Virus record (IMG/VR): IMGVR_UViG_3300047290_000079
Coordinates: 1-55,149 of that record
Length of the DNA stretch: 55,149 bases
Origin: a virus
Taxonomy: Duplodnaviria > Caudoviricetes
Strand: one strand, 5' to 3'
Shown here: piece by piece, positions 1 to 8,178 of the stretch
How the letters are laid out: each line of letters begins with the position of its first letter
Position numbering within the stretch: the stretch's first letter is position 1
Translations under genes and position numbers: made by a program
The notes under the pieces: model-generated
Told to the model about the DNA's origin: nothing
The model's database searches: none
The model's input: only the letters and a program-made list of their open reading frames with translations

Positions 1-749
1 GCGCCAGCAGCCGACAACACTTTTTCAACATCTTCTGGATTGTTGTAGTCAGGCGACTTACCTTCCTCAATCGCTTGCTTCGTCAACTCAGAACCAGCCA
101 TCAGACCTTTGACAACCTCGGCAGCTGCCTTGGTTCCAACAGCCTGACCAATCGGCAAACCAGCAGGAGGTAATGCCTGATCGCTTTCGCCAAACAGTAA
201 CGCCTTGCGTGGATCCATCCCTGCTTGCTTGCGTGCTGTCAGATCAATCTCACCACCATCAGCCTTCTTGATCGGCATAGTGTGGCGGCCGTTCTTCATC
301 CAGTCCTTCAGCTCGTGCTTGCCCATCTCGACGATCGAATGAACACGCTTGTGGCCAAGACCATCAGCAAACGAATGCACATAGTCATGCAGGGCGTGCT
401 TACGATCCTTATAGCCGAGCATGACCTTGTGCTCGTTGAAGCGCTTTGAGTGAGGGTGCTGCTGATTGATCACAAAGACCTTGTCGCTGTCCTTGTGAGG
501 ACCGACATAGGTGTCGACGTCCATCTTGTCTGCGTCCTTCGCAGAGCCGACGATATAGCCGTAGTCGGCCGCCATCTTTGCTGGGCCGCTGTCCTCGCGC
601 ACTCTCGTCGAGCCCTTGGGGTTCTCGATCGACACCGGCAGACCTGCGACACGCTCGTGCCGTTTGGGATAGTTGCCAGCCTCACGCTGGGCCGGTGAGA
701 CATTGGCTGGACCGCCTGCGGCAAAGTATTTGTCGGCATCAAAGTGCAT
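1..749 (-). CDS. 5' part (allelic copy) of the large polyvalent protein with InPase-like domain, truncated by the window edge
   Basis: Same frame and sequence as 51501-54335. Begins MHFDADKYFAAGG, overlapping the terL stop. Confidence 0.85.
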   Translation of the reverse strand, partial: MHFDADKYFAAGGPANVSPAQREAGNYPKRHERVAGLPVSIENPKGSTRVREDSGPAKMAADYGYIVGSAKDADKMDVDTYVGPHKDSDKVFVINQQHPHSKRFNEHKVMLGYKDRKHALHDYVHSFADGLGHKRVHSIVEMGKHELKDWMKNGRHTMPIKKADGGEIDLTARKQAGMDPRKALLFGESDQALPPAGLPIGQAVGTKAAAEVVKGLMAGSELTKQAIEEGKSPDYNNPEDVEKVLSAAG

Positions 750-1563
750 AGGGGTTGCCCTCAACGTCTGAAGTTGGCCTTGGAACCTCTGGATCTGGCC
801 TTGTGACCCTGATCATATCACGGTCTGCGATATAACGCAGCCCCTGCACGGCAGCATCCATTAGGTCGTCGTGGTTGATCGATCCCTCGCCCGAGAACGT
901 GCAGAGCTGCTCGATCATCGGCTGCGCCCAGCTTTTTGGGTTGCCAAGCTGCTTGTCGCTCTCGACCACCCACACGCGGCCAGCGGCGAACAAGGGCGAG
1001 ATGGCGTGAAGGCGATCGAGCTTCCTAGCTCGGCCGGGGTTGTATGGCGCCGACAGTATGCCCTCTCGAGCCAGAGCTTGGCGCAGGCTGATGCCAGACC
1101 CCTTGTCTTCTATCAGCAGCACGTCAGGCTTGCGGCCGGTGTTCTCCATGTAGCTGGGACCGATCACCGGTTTGAATAGAGATCGCTCTTGCGGGGCGTA
1201 GACCGCCTGCAGCTCGCTCTTGGTGCGCTTGATCAGGTCTGGGAACCCGAGCCTGTCCTGCCAGCAGTCGAGCAGGATGACGTCTCGGCGCCCTGGACGA
1301 GGACTGAAGACGCCCCACACCACGCAGGCGGAATAGTCAGGGTCTCCCTTGACCGTCGAGCCCGTGGCCTCGGTGAAGGCGGTGTCGAGCGACATCACGA
1401 TGAACTCAAGCTCAGGCAGCTCCCGATCATGCGGCCACAGCTTGATCTGAGACTTTCGGATGATGCCCATTTCCTCGGGGTTGATCACCTCGGCATAGAT
1501 TTCCTGCCGGCCGATCGTCGTGCCCTCATAGCGCAGGATCTGATCGCGGAAGTTTGGGGCGAG
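1..1563. repeat. Terminal redundancy, copy 1 (diverged)
   Basis: Colinear with 53587-55149 at offset 53586, with scattered substitutions. Confidence 0.95.
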
Positions 1564-2181
1564 ATTGGCGAGATTGGCGTAAGTCGTGGCACGAGTGACC
1601 ACAACGTCTTTGCCTTCTCGAGCTAGAAGCTTTCGAATGATCTGATTTGGCTTCGGGGTTGTGGTGCAGATCAGTCTCGGATGATTACCCAAACGTATGC
1701 CGAACATCAGAAGATCGAAGGCTTTGTCAGCATATTGCCACGCCGCAAGCTCGTCGAGCCACCCGCCATGAAACTGAGGACCACGGAAACGCTCAGGCTT
1801 TTCGGCAGTGATCCCCTTGATCATGCTGCCGTTTATCATCTTAATCTCAACATCGGAGCTGTTGTAGGTCTCGATCAACTCTCGAGGGATTGAGTTGATC
1901 AGCCCGCTTTCGCCCTCAAAACACACACCTCGCAGATCGCCGTAGGTCGGCGCCGACACAAGCCAGCGCGTGCCAGGCTGCAGGGCTGCCCAGCTCCCGA
2001 GCACCTCGGCAGCCGTTCGGGTCTTGCCTGCACCACGGCCTGCCAGAAGCAGCCAGATCGTCCAGTCACCTTCAGGCGGAACTTGGTGATCTAAGCGCTT
2101 ATTAATCCACTCGGCCTGCCAGTTGAGGATTTGCTTTTCATGCGGCGGCAGGCGATCGTAGAGCGACCGCCAATCATCCAC
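739..2181 (-). CDS. terL: Terminase large subunit
   Basis: Walker A region LAGRGAGKT, Walker B GWLDE, motif III TTTP, and C-terminal RNase H-like nuclease (SLDTA...HDDLMDA). Confidence 0.95.
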   Translation of the reverse strand: MDDWRSLYDRLPPHEKQILNWQAEWINKRLDHQVPPEGDWTIWLLLAGRGAGKTRTAAEVLGSWAALQPGTRWLVSAPTYGDLRGVCFEGESGLINSIPRELIETYNSSDVEIKMINGSMIKGITAEKPERFRGPQFHGGWLDELAAWQYADKAFDLLMFGIRLGNHPRLICTTTPKPNQIIRKLLAREGKDVVVTRATTYANLANLAPNFRDQILRYEGTTIGRQEIYAEVINPEEMGIIRKSQIKLWPHDRELPELEFIVMSLDTAFTEATGSTVKGDPDYSACVVWGVFSPRPGRRDVILLDCWQDRLGFPDLIKRTKSELQAVYAPQERSLFKPVIGPSYMENTGRKPDVLLIEDKGSGISLRQALAREGILSAPYNPGRARKLDRLHAISPLFAAGRVWVVESDKQLGNPKSWAQPMIEQLCTFSGEGSINHDDLMDAAVQGLRYIADRDMIRVTRPDPEVPRPTSDVEGNPYAL

Positions 2182-2617
2182 TGTTTTTTGATCCTAGTTT
2201 GGCCAAGATCTGCAGCAGCGCTTCGCTGGGCGCTGATGAAAGCTCAATTTTGGCATCCAGATCAACACCGACACGATCGCCCCACTTCTTCGGGCTGACC
2301 TTTCCAGCGTACCACTGACGAGCGTTCATGCGATTGCGTGCACGCGCCGGATCGGGATCTGTGTCTGCGATTGTGATCACTTCAGCAGCGAATTTCTCCT
2401 GCTGACGCTCTCTCGCATACGAATAGGCCTCACTAAACTCTTTGTACTTGTTCAACCACCGATGAACAGTACCCTCGGCAGGCGCCCAATCTTGTTCACA
2501 AATCAAGTAGATAGGCTTACCGGCAGCCAGCTCTTCGCAGATCCTGCTGGTGAGCTCGAATGTGTAATCGGTGGGTCGCCCACCCTTATTCTTTGGCTTA
2601 TCTTCCGCAGTCTTCAT
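2174..2617 (-). CDS. terS: Terminase small subunit (Sf6/P22-like)
   Basis: GGRPTDY...ICEELAAG HTH, then TVHRWL...FSEAYSYARE and ARQWYAGK..PKKWGDR. Lies directly upstream of terL. Confidence 0.9.
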   Translation of the reverse strand: MKTAEDKPKNKGGRPTDYTFELTSRICEELAAGKPIYLICEQDWAPAEGTVHRWLNKYKEFSEAYSYARERQQEKFAAEVITIADTDPDPARARNRMNARQWYAGKVSPKKWGDRVGVDLDAKIELSSAPSEALLQILAKLGSKNSG

Positions 2618-2771
2618 TTCAGACCTCGACAATGGTTAGACCTGACTGCCCGCCGCGCAAGATGGGGGAAGAGGACGGCGAGCAGCCAGGCGCCCGAGGA
2701 GCCACGGGCTCAATGAAAATAGCACCTTATGAAAAAAAACACAAAATTTGCATTTTTTTGCATTTTTCTTG

Positions 2772-2800
2772 TTGACACAGGAAATCATTTCGCGTAGAAA
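2772..2800 (+). promoter_or_regulatory. Sigma70-type early promoter P1
   Basis: TTGACA (2772-2777), 17 nt spacer, TAGAAA. A/T-tract UP-like element upstream. GAAATnnTTTC palindromes overlap it. Confidence 0.7.
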
Positions 2801-2829
2801 TAGTTTCATCAACAACGGAGACCAAACCA

Positions 2830-3117
2830 ATGACAGACATCAACACCCTCGCAGACCGTTATGCAGACCTCAAGGCAGAGCTGGAGGGCATTCAGCGCTT
2901 GCTCGACGAGTGCAAGGCAGAGATCAAGGCGACCGGTCGTGAAGAGATCATCGGCACCCGCTCGATCGTCACGCTGGGCCTGTCGGAGCGCACAACGATC
3001 GACCAGAAGCTGGTCAAGGAGATTCTGACAGCCGAGCAGCTTGCTGCATGCTCAAAGGTCTCGCTGATCGAGACCGTGCGCGTGAAGGCAATCAAACTCC
3101 CTCAGACGGTTGTCTGA
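2830..3117 (+). CDS. Hypothetical early protein (coiled-coil N-terminus)
   Basis: 95 aa ORF with GGAG RBS, first gene after P1. Confidence 0.8.
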   Translation: MTDINTLADRYADLKAELEGIQRLLDECKAEIKATGREEIIGTRSIVTLGLSERTTIDQKLVKEILTAEQLAACSKVSLIETVRVKAIKLPQTVV

Positions 3118-3144
3118 GGGGAAATAACCCCACCTATTTCCACC
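3118..3144 (+). repeat. 27-bp intergenic repeat, copy 1
   Basis: GGGGAAATAACCCCACCTATTTCCACC, identical at 3725-3751. Confidence 0.9.
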
Positions 3145-3162
3145 AACATGCAGGAGCAAATC

Positions 3163-3492
3163 ATGGTTAAGGCAAAGCTAAACAGCATCGTCTGCATTCA
3201 GACAACCCACTCATTCACCGAGGTTAATAGTTTAAAAACAAAGATCTACAAGACCTTTGTGCTGGCCAAGGCTGTCAAGGTCAATCGCAAGGGTCTTGTT
3301 GTCGAATATCAAACACAGAACGACAGCACACCGCTCAAGGTCAATAGCAACAACCAGATCGTGATGGTGATAGGTGATCCAGACAAGCAGGCGGCAGCTA
3401 AAGATTTGTTTTTAAATTCAAAAAAGACAACCTTCAAAAATGGCGACGCAGCCCGTCAGGCTATCCTCGAACACATGCAAATGACCGCTTGA
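3163..3492 (+). CDS. Hypothetical early protein
   Basis: ORF with GGAG RBS before MVKAKL. Confidence 0.75.
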   Translation: MVKAKLNSIVCIQTTHSFTEVNSLKTKIYKTFVLAKAVKVNRKGLVVEYQTQNDSTPLKVNSNNQIVMVIGDPDKQAAAKDLFLNSKKTTFKNGDAARQAILEHMQMTA

Positions 3493-3522
3493 CACAGGAA
3501 ATAGTTTCATGAAATGGTGTTC
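3489..3522 (+). promoter_or_regulatory. Second promoter/operator P2 sharing sequence with P1
   Basis: TTGACACAGGAAAT identical to P1, followed by GAAATAGTTTC. The -10 element is unclear. Confidence 0.55.
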
Positions 3523-3549
3523 AGGTAAACCAAACCAAGGAGCAAACCA

Positions 3550-3717
3550 ATGATCGCTTATTTCTTCAAAACCCGCACTGGATGCCAACTGGTTATCTGC
3601 GAGCGCCCCTGCAATGGCGCAGAATTTCAAGCTGGCCAACGTGTTGCGGTTGCAAATAAAAAGGCAGCCAAAGCCTACTGCAAGGCGAATGGCATCACAC
3701 CCCATAATTTTTGGTGA
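3550..3717 (+). CDS. Small hypothetical protein (55 aa, Cys-containing; not in ORF track)
   Basis: Translated by hand: MIAYFFKTRTGCQLVICERPCNG...ITPHNFW*, with AAGGAG RBS. Confidence 0.75.
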   Translation: MIAYFFKTRTGCQLVICERPCNGAEFQAGQRVAVANKKAAKAYCKANGITPHNFW

Positions 3718-3724
3718 TCAATGG

Positions 3725-3751
3725 GGGGAAATAACCCCACCTATTTCCACC
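3725..3751 (+). repeat. 27-bp intergenic repeat, copy 2
   Basis: Identical to 3118-3144. Confidence 0.9.
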
Positions 3752-3773
3752 CAACCCAAAGGAACCCAAACCA

Positions 3774-4073
3774 ATGTCACACATAGCCCCCTTCGCCCTC
3801 CCGATCTTCAAAAGCAAACACTACCCCAGCGAATACGTCTGTGAGGCGCAGCTCATGACCATGATGGATGTGGCCAAAATGATCATTGGCGGTCATTACG
3901 AGCCAAATGAGCTGGCCTGTATCCTGCTGATCGACCCTGAGATGGGAACAACCAAAGATGTGACAAACAAAATCGCCTACATGGTCTGGTATCATTACGA
4001 CATTAACGACACCAAGCCTGACCCAGACACAGCAGCTTGGCTTTATGACCACGGCAAACTGGAGTGCGAATGA
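3774..4073 (+). CDS. Hypothetical protein
   Basis: 99 aa ORF with AAGGA RBS and AAACCAATG start context. Confidence 0.75.
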   Translation: MSHIAPFALPIFKSKHYPSEYVCEAQLMTMMDVAKMIIGGHYEPNELACILLIDPEMGTTKDVTNKIAYMVWYHYDINDTKPDPDTAAWLYDHGKLECE

Positions 4074-4074
4074 C

Positions 4075-4272
4075 ATGAAAGAGATCGTAATCATCACCAC
4101 GAAGGACGTCTCGGGCCTATACATTGAGACGGCCTTCCAGAGCCTTCAGGAGGCTGCTGAGTTCAGTCAACACGAGGAGCGCCATGGCAGGAAGGTCATC
4201 AGCCGTTCACGCATCCTAGCCTTTGAGACGGCCGCAGAGGCCATCGAGGAGGCAGCCAAATGGCGCAAGTGA
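4075..4272 (+). CDS. Hypothetical protein
   Basis: Start MKEIVII, tightly packed in the operon. Confidence 0.7.
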   Translation: MKEIVIITTKDVSGLYIETAFQSLQEAAEFSQHEERHGRKVISRSRILAFETAAEAIEEAAKWRK

Positions 4273-4427
4273 CCGAGATCTACGATAGCGCAGGCAAGCT
4301 GATCGGATACGTCCACAAGTCTGACCTGTCAGGCGAGTGGCGTGCCGTCAGCCTCGATGGCTGGGTTGTGTACTGCACCACGCAGGCTGACGCTGAGGCA
4401 GCCCTGAAAGAAGGGAGGCGCGTTTGA
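4269..4427 (+). CDS. Small hypothetical protein (52 aa; not in ORF track)
   Basis: GTGA and TTGA overlaps with both neighbours. MTEIYDSAGKLIGYVHK...GRRV*. Confidence 0.7.
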   Translation: MTEIYDSAGKLIGYVHKSDLSGEWRAVSLDGWVVYCTTQADAEAALKEGRRV

Positions 4428-4633
4428 CCCACGAAGAGCTGAACCAGATCCTGACCCGCCATGAGATGCGCCATGCCGACCTTGCGGCTCTCGCCAACGT
4501 AACCACCAGATCTGTCCACAATTGGACATCGGGCAAGTGGCCAGTCCCCCGTACACTGGCCATCCTGCTTCGAGCGATCGACAAAGGCCTCATAACTGAA
4601 ACTTGGCTGGTGAAGCAGATCAAGTCGACCTGA
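4424..4633 (+). CDS. XRE/Cro-type helix-turn-helix regulator
   Basis: HADLAALANVTTRSVHNWTSGKWPVP is a typical HTH_XRE pattern. Confidence 0.8.
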   Translation: MTHEELNQILTRHEMRHADLAALANVTTRSVHNWTSGKWPVPRTLAILLRAIDKGLITETWLVKQIKST

Positions 4634-4649
4634 TTGGGCGTCCGGACTA

Positions 4650-4821
4650 TCCGCCGTACCGACCGTACCGCCGTACCCCTCCTATAGGAGGGGGGTACGG
4701 TACGGTACGTTTTCGGACGTTTTGCCCTCAAACGTACCAGTACGCAAAAGTACGGTACGGTACGTTTGGTACGTTTCGTACCGACCGTACCAGTACGTCA
4801 AAAGTACGGTACGGTACGTCA
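4650..4821. repeat. GTAC-iterated region with central hairpin; putative replication origin
   Basis: About 18 GTAC copies counted by eye in about 165 bp, plus inverted repeat GTACCCCTCC-TATA-GGAGGGGG(G)TAC. Lies immediately downstream of the primase-helicase. Confidence 0.7.
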
Positions 4822-6834
4822 TCACCGTTTACCCTTTTCCAAGAGCAAGGCTGTCGCATGAACTTCATTGCTAACCACCCACCCCGACGCGGTTGGGCTG
4901 ATGATCTCGGCGATCAGGAGAGCCCCGATGAGCTGGTCTGCCGACCCCGGCTTGAGCTTCTTGTCTGCCGTCGCCTCGCTGCACCCGTCGGCAATCAGCT
5001 TGGCCCTGAGAGCTGACCGGCTCAGGTACGGCAGCCCGCTACGCTCCTCGGCCCCAGAGGCGTACCACGCCGCCTCGAACTGCTTGCGCAGCCCATCTAC
5101 CTTGCTTTCCTTCTTGACGGCCACAGGAGCCTCCACAAGGGCAACAACCGCGCTTGTGACGGGCTGGTCATCCTCGTCGAACCAATTCGGGATAGTGACA
5201 GACTGAAGCTCGGCATAAACCGGCTCGGAAAGCTCGGCATCCTTGGACTTGCGTTGGACGATCGACATGGGCTGATTGTCTTTGCCAGGGACAACCGAAA
5301 TCTCGATGTCGAGCGCCCCGCGCCATGCGGATGACCCGCGAGCCCTATGCTGGGCCTCGTCGCTGACGCCGGTATGATGGACCAGCAGGACAGAGCAGCT
5401 AAATTCGCTCATCAAGGCCCCGCAAGCGTCCAGCATGGTTTTAGCGTCTTGGGCGCTGTTTTCATCGCCCAAAAGAAACCTGTGCAAAGTATCAACCACA
5501 ATAAGGTTGGGCCGCTTGGGCAGCGCCCTGATATTGTCCACGACCCGCAAGTAGCCCGCAGGGGTATTCAGGTCGCAGCCGTCCTTCGAGAGCCACATAG
5601 ATAACGGCCCCGCACTGTTATGGACCTTCCAAGCCGCCACGCGGCCCCGCAGGCCGTGATGGCCCTCGCCAGCCAGATAAACAACTGTGCCTGGCTTGAC
5701 CTTGCGGCCAGCCCAATCTGGGAGGCTTGCGGACATCCGCAGACACCAATCAAGCACCACAAAGGTCTTGCCGCCGCCTGATGGGCCATGAACCATGATC
5801 AGGGCGCGGTCTTGCAGCCAGCGCTTGACCAGCCACGATATAGGGGCGGGCTGGGCGCAGAAATCGTCGGCGGGTATCAGCCAATCGTCTTTTGGCGGCA
5901 CGAGGAGGGCGGCAAGGTCATGCCCTGCTGCAACCCAGTCATTGGCATCGCCAGGTTCAGGAGGCATAACTATGCGGGCTCCATGTTTAGCTGAGGCCTG
6001 CTCGGCATAACGCTGGCCAACGCCAGAGGCGTCATTATCCGCAACAATCACAATATCCTGCGCGGCCCCGAAGACCTCGCGCATGGTGGCGGTGACGGGA
6101 ACAAGGTTTGAGGCTGAATAGGCAACGATACAGGGCCGACCCGAAACCTCATGAATTGTGGCCGCCGTGGCAAAGCCCTCGGCAATGTAAAGGGGGCCGG
6201 GCTCATCCATTGTCCCGATCTGCCAAAAGCGGCCGCCCGTCTGGGCGCCTGAGTGGTAAAGTTTGCCACCATCAGCGGCAATGTACTGAAGGCTGCTCAA
6301 AGTTCCATCGGCATCAAAGAGCGGCACAACCAACCGCCCGTCGCCGGTAACACGGGCACCATGGGTTTTTATTCCTTTTGCCTTGAGGTATGGGTGGTCC
6401 TCATTGGCTGGGCCACAATCGGTCCAAATCTTTTCGATGGTGTTGGAAGCTATTTCCTGTTTACGGGCAATCTCGGCATCGCGCAGGATCTTGGCCTCTG
6501 CCATGCGCCGGATGTGGGCCATTTCCTCGGTGTGGGAGAGCTTGCGGCCGACATCGGCACGCCATGTTGATTCGATGCCCGATCGCCAGCACCCGAATCG
6601 CCCCGCCGGAACGCCGTCGCCGAAGGCTATATACCAGCCCGGTTTATCGCCGTGGCCGCCTGATCCTTTGGTCCCAGAATTAAACCTGTGGACTTTGCCG
6701 TCCAACAGGATCTCGCGGGGCGGGGTAAGGCCGGATCCGGCGATTGCATCCATGAGCTGCTGCTCTGGCGGGTCAACGTGAGGCTGGCTTGGAAGAGTGT
6801 ATTCGCCCCCGAAAATACTGGTCAGATCAGCCAT
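4822..6834 (-). CDS. Primase-helicase (TOPRIM plus RepA/AAA_25 helicase)
   Basis: TOPRIM motifs IAEGFATA and IVADND, Walker A GPSGGGKT, VVDTL, LVHHTG and RGSSA. Start re-assigned to MADLTSIF (6834). Confidence 0.9.
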   Translation of the reverse strand: MADLTSIFGGEYTLPSQPHVDPPEQQLMDAIAGSGLTPPREILLDGKVHRFNSGTKGSGGHGDKPGWYIAFGDGVPAGRFGCWRSGIESTWRADVGRKLSHTEEMAHIRRMAEAKILRDAEIARKQEIASNTIEKIWTDCGPANEDHPYLKAKGIKTHGARVTGDGRLVVPLFDADGTLSSLQYIAADGGKLYHSGAQTGGRFWQIGTMDEPGPLYIAEGFATAATIHEVSGRPCIVAYSASNLVPVTATMREVFGAAQDIVIVADNDASGVGQRYAEQASAKHGARIVMPPEPGDANDWVAAGHDLAALLVPPKDDWLIPADDFCAQPAPISWLVKRWLQDRALIMVHGPSGGGKTFVVLDWCLRMSASLPDWAGRKVKPGTVVYLAGEGHHGLRGRVAAWKVHNSAGPLSMWLSKDGCDLNTPAGYLRVVDNIRALPKRPNLIVVDTLHRFLLGDENSAQDAKTMLDACGALMSEFSCSVLLVHHTGVSDEAQHRARGSSAWRGALDIEISVVPGKDNQPMSIVQRKSKDAELSEPVYAELQSVTIPNWFDEDDQPVTSAVVALVEAPVAVKKESKVDGLRKQFEAAWYASGAEERSGLPYLSRSALRAKLIADGCSEATADKKLKPGSADQLIGALLIAEIISPTASGWVVSNEVHATALLLEKGKR

Positions 6835-7006
6835 TTTTCTTCCCCTCAAGATAATCGCTAAGGGCTTTGAGAACCTTATAGCTGGGGTTGGCTGTGAGGC
6901 TGTCCCGCACGCTTTTAACGGTATTGTAATGCAGTCCGGTCGCCGCAGCCACCATGCCGATGCGCCTGTCCCGAAGGGCAGCCCTGATTTGCTCAATTGT
7001 TAGCAT
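6827..7006 (-). CDS. Cro-like HTH protein (59 aa; not in ORF track)
   Basis: MLTIEQIRAALRDRRIGMVAAATGLHYNTVKSVRDSLTANPSYKVLKALSDYLEGKKNG*, overlapping the primase start. Confidence 0.85.
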   Translation of the reverse strand: MLTIEQIRAALRDRRIGMVAAATGLHYNTVKSVRDSLTANPSYKVLKALSDYLEGKKNG

Positions 7007-7027
7007 TTTTCATCTCAATGTGGATTT

Positions 7028-7074
7028 TTGACATTTAGTTGTTGCAAGCTGCCACGAAGCAAATTAGATTGCAA
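7028..7074. promoter_or_regulatory. Divergent promoter region between the cro/primase and recombination operons
   Basis: + strand TTGCAA(7042)-17 nt-TAGATT. The palindromic TTGCAA (7069-7074) can serve as the minus-strand -35. TTGACA at 7028. Confidence 0.55.
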
Positions 7075-7119
7075 GTGTGATCGAACGGATTAACCGACCG
7101 ATCAGAAAAGGAAACACAA

Positions 7120-7794
7120 ATGGCTATATCAGTGAAAAGCACGGGCAGCTTGTCTGCCAACGGCGTTAAAATGTTGGTTTATGGACAAGCGGGCGCCGGT
7201 AAAACCAGTCTCATTAAAACCTTGCCCAATCCAATTGTCTTGTCGGCTGAGGGCGGCTTGCTATCCATTCAGGATGCAGATCTGCCCTACATCGAGATTG
7301 GCTCCATGGAAGATTTGAAGGAAGCATTCAACTGGATGTCTTCTCCCGATGGTCTCAAGTTCAAGAGCGTGGCCCTCGACAGCATCAGCGAGATTGCCGA
7401 AGTTGTCCTGAACCATGAGAAGAAGATCGCTAAGGATCCTCGTCAGGCTTATGGCGCCATGCAGGAGCAGATGGCCGACATCATTCGCGCCTTCCGAGAT
7501 CTTCCAGGCCGCCACGTTTACATGAGCGCCAAGCTCGAAAAGACGCAGGACGAAATGGGCCGTGTCCTTTATGCCCCGTCTATGCCTGGCAATAAGACTG
7601 GCCAGAGCCTGCCCTACTTCTTTGATGAAGTGTTGGCCCTGCGCGTCGAGAAGGACGCGGACGGCAATACCCAGCGGGCCATAATGTGCGACAGCGATGG
7701 GCTTTGGTTGGCCAAGGATCGCTCAGGAAAGCTGTCGGCTTGGGAGGCCCCCGATCTTGGGGAGGTGATTGCCAAGATTGGCGGTGCAGCATGA
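7120..7794 (+). CDS. Sak4-like / AAA_24 P-loop ssDNA-annealing recombinase
   Basis: LVYGQAGAGKT, SAEGGL, LDSISE and WLAKDRSG motifs, followed by SSB-like and nuclease genes. Confidence 0.85.
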   Translation: MAISVKSTGSLSANGVKMLVYGQAGAGKTSLIKTLPNPIVLSAEGGLLSIQDADLPYIEIGSMEDLKEAFNWMSSPDGLKFKSVALDSISEIAEVVLNHEKKIAKDPRQAYGAMQEQMADIIRAFRDLPGRHVYMSAKLEKTQDEMGRVLYAPSMPGNKTGQSLPYFFDEVLALRVEKDADGNTQRAIMCDSDGLWLAKDRSGKLSAWEAPDLGEVIAKIGGAA

Positions 7795-8177
7795 TGCTCC
7801 TGCAACAATTGTCTGCCGAATGGATTGAGGCCAAAAATGCCGAGAAAGAGGCAATTGAAAAGCGGCGGCTGGTCGAGGATGAGATTGTCCGTATTCTTGA
7901 AATTCACGAGACGGACGAGCGCACCCGCAAACTTGAGGCTGATATTTACACAATCAAGATCACTTGCCGCATTAACCGCAAAGTTGACGGCGATCTTGCT
8001 CAAGAAATTGCAGCGGAAAATGGCATGGAAGAATTTCTGCCAATGCTTTTCCGCTGGAAACCGGAACTTAGCATGACTGCGTGGGATGCTGTTGGCGATA
8101 ACGTCAAACAAGTTTTTTCACGCGCAATAACCGCGACGCCCGGCAGGCCGTCATTCAACATTACTATGGAGAAATAA
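7791..8177 (+). CDS. Conserved hypothetical protein of the Sak4 module
   Basis: ATGA overlap with the upstream gene. Contains FRWKPEL and TPGRPSF. Confidence 0.75.
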   Translation: MMLLQQLSAEWIEAKNAEKEAIEKRRLVEDEIVRILEIHETDERTRKLEADIYTIKITCRINRKVDGDLAQEIAAENGMEEFLPMLFRWKPELSMTAWDAVGDNVKQVFSRAITATPGRPSFNITMEK

Positions 8178-8178
8178 A

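Noticed and set aside
2636-2760. Possible structured ncRNA in the GC-rich stretch upstream of terS
   Set aside because: Only short hairpins are visible and no family is recognisable. It is probably the late promoter/leader or pac region, but this cannot be supported from sequence alone.
4650-4821. CRISPR array or mini-array (given the Cas4-like gene at 8733)
   Set aside because: Repeats are 4-6 bp units without unique 25-40 bp spacers, and there is no cas1/cas2. The Cas4-like gene lies in a standard Sak4-SSB recombination module.
4348-5016. ORFs 4603-5016 (+) and 4348-4731 (-) with RYGT/RT repeats
   Set aside because: They are translations of the non-coding GTAC array and overlap better-supported genes.
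6835-6996. N-terminal 54 aa of the 724-aa primase ORF
   Set aside because: This region is better explained by the Cro-like ORF in another frame. The primase start at 6834 has its own purine-rich RBS.
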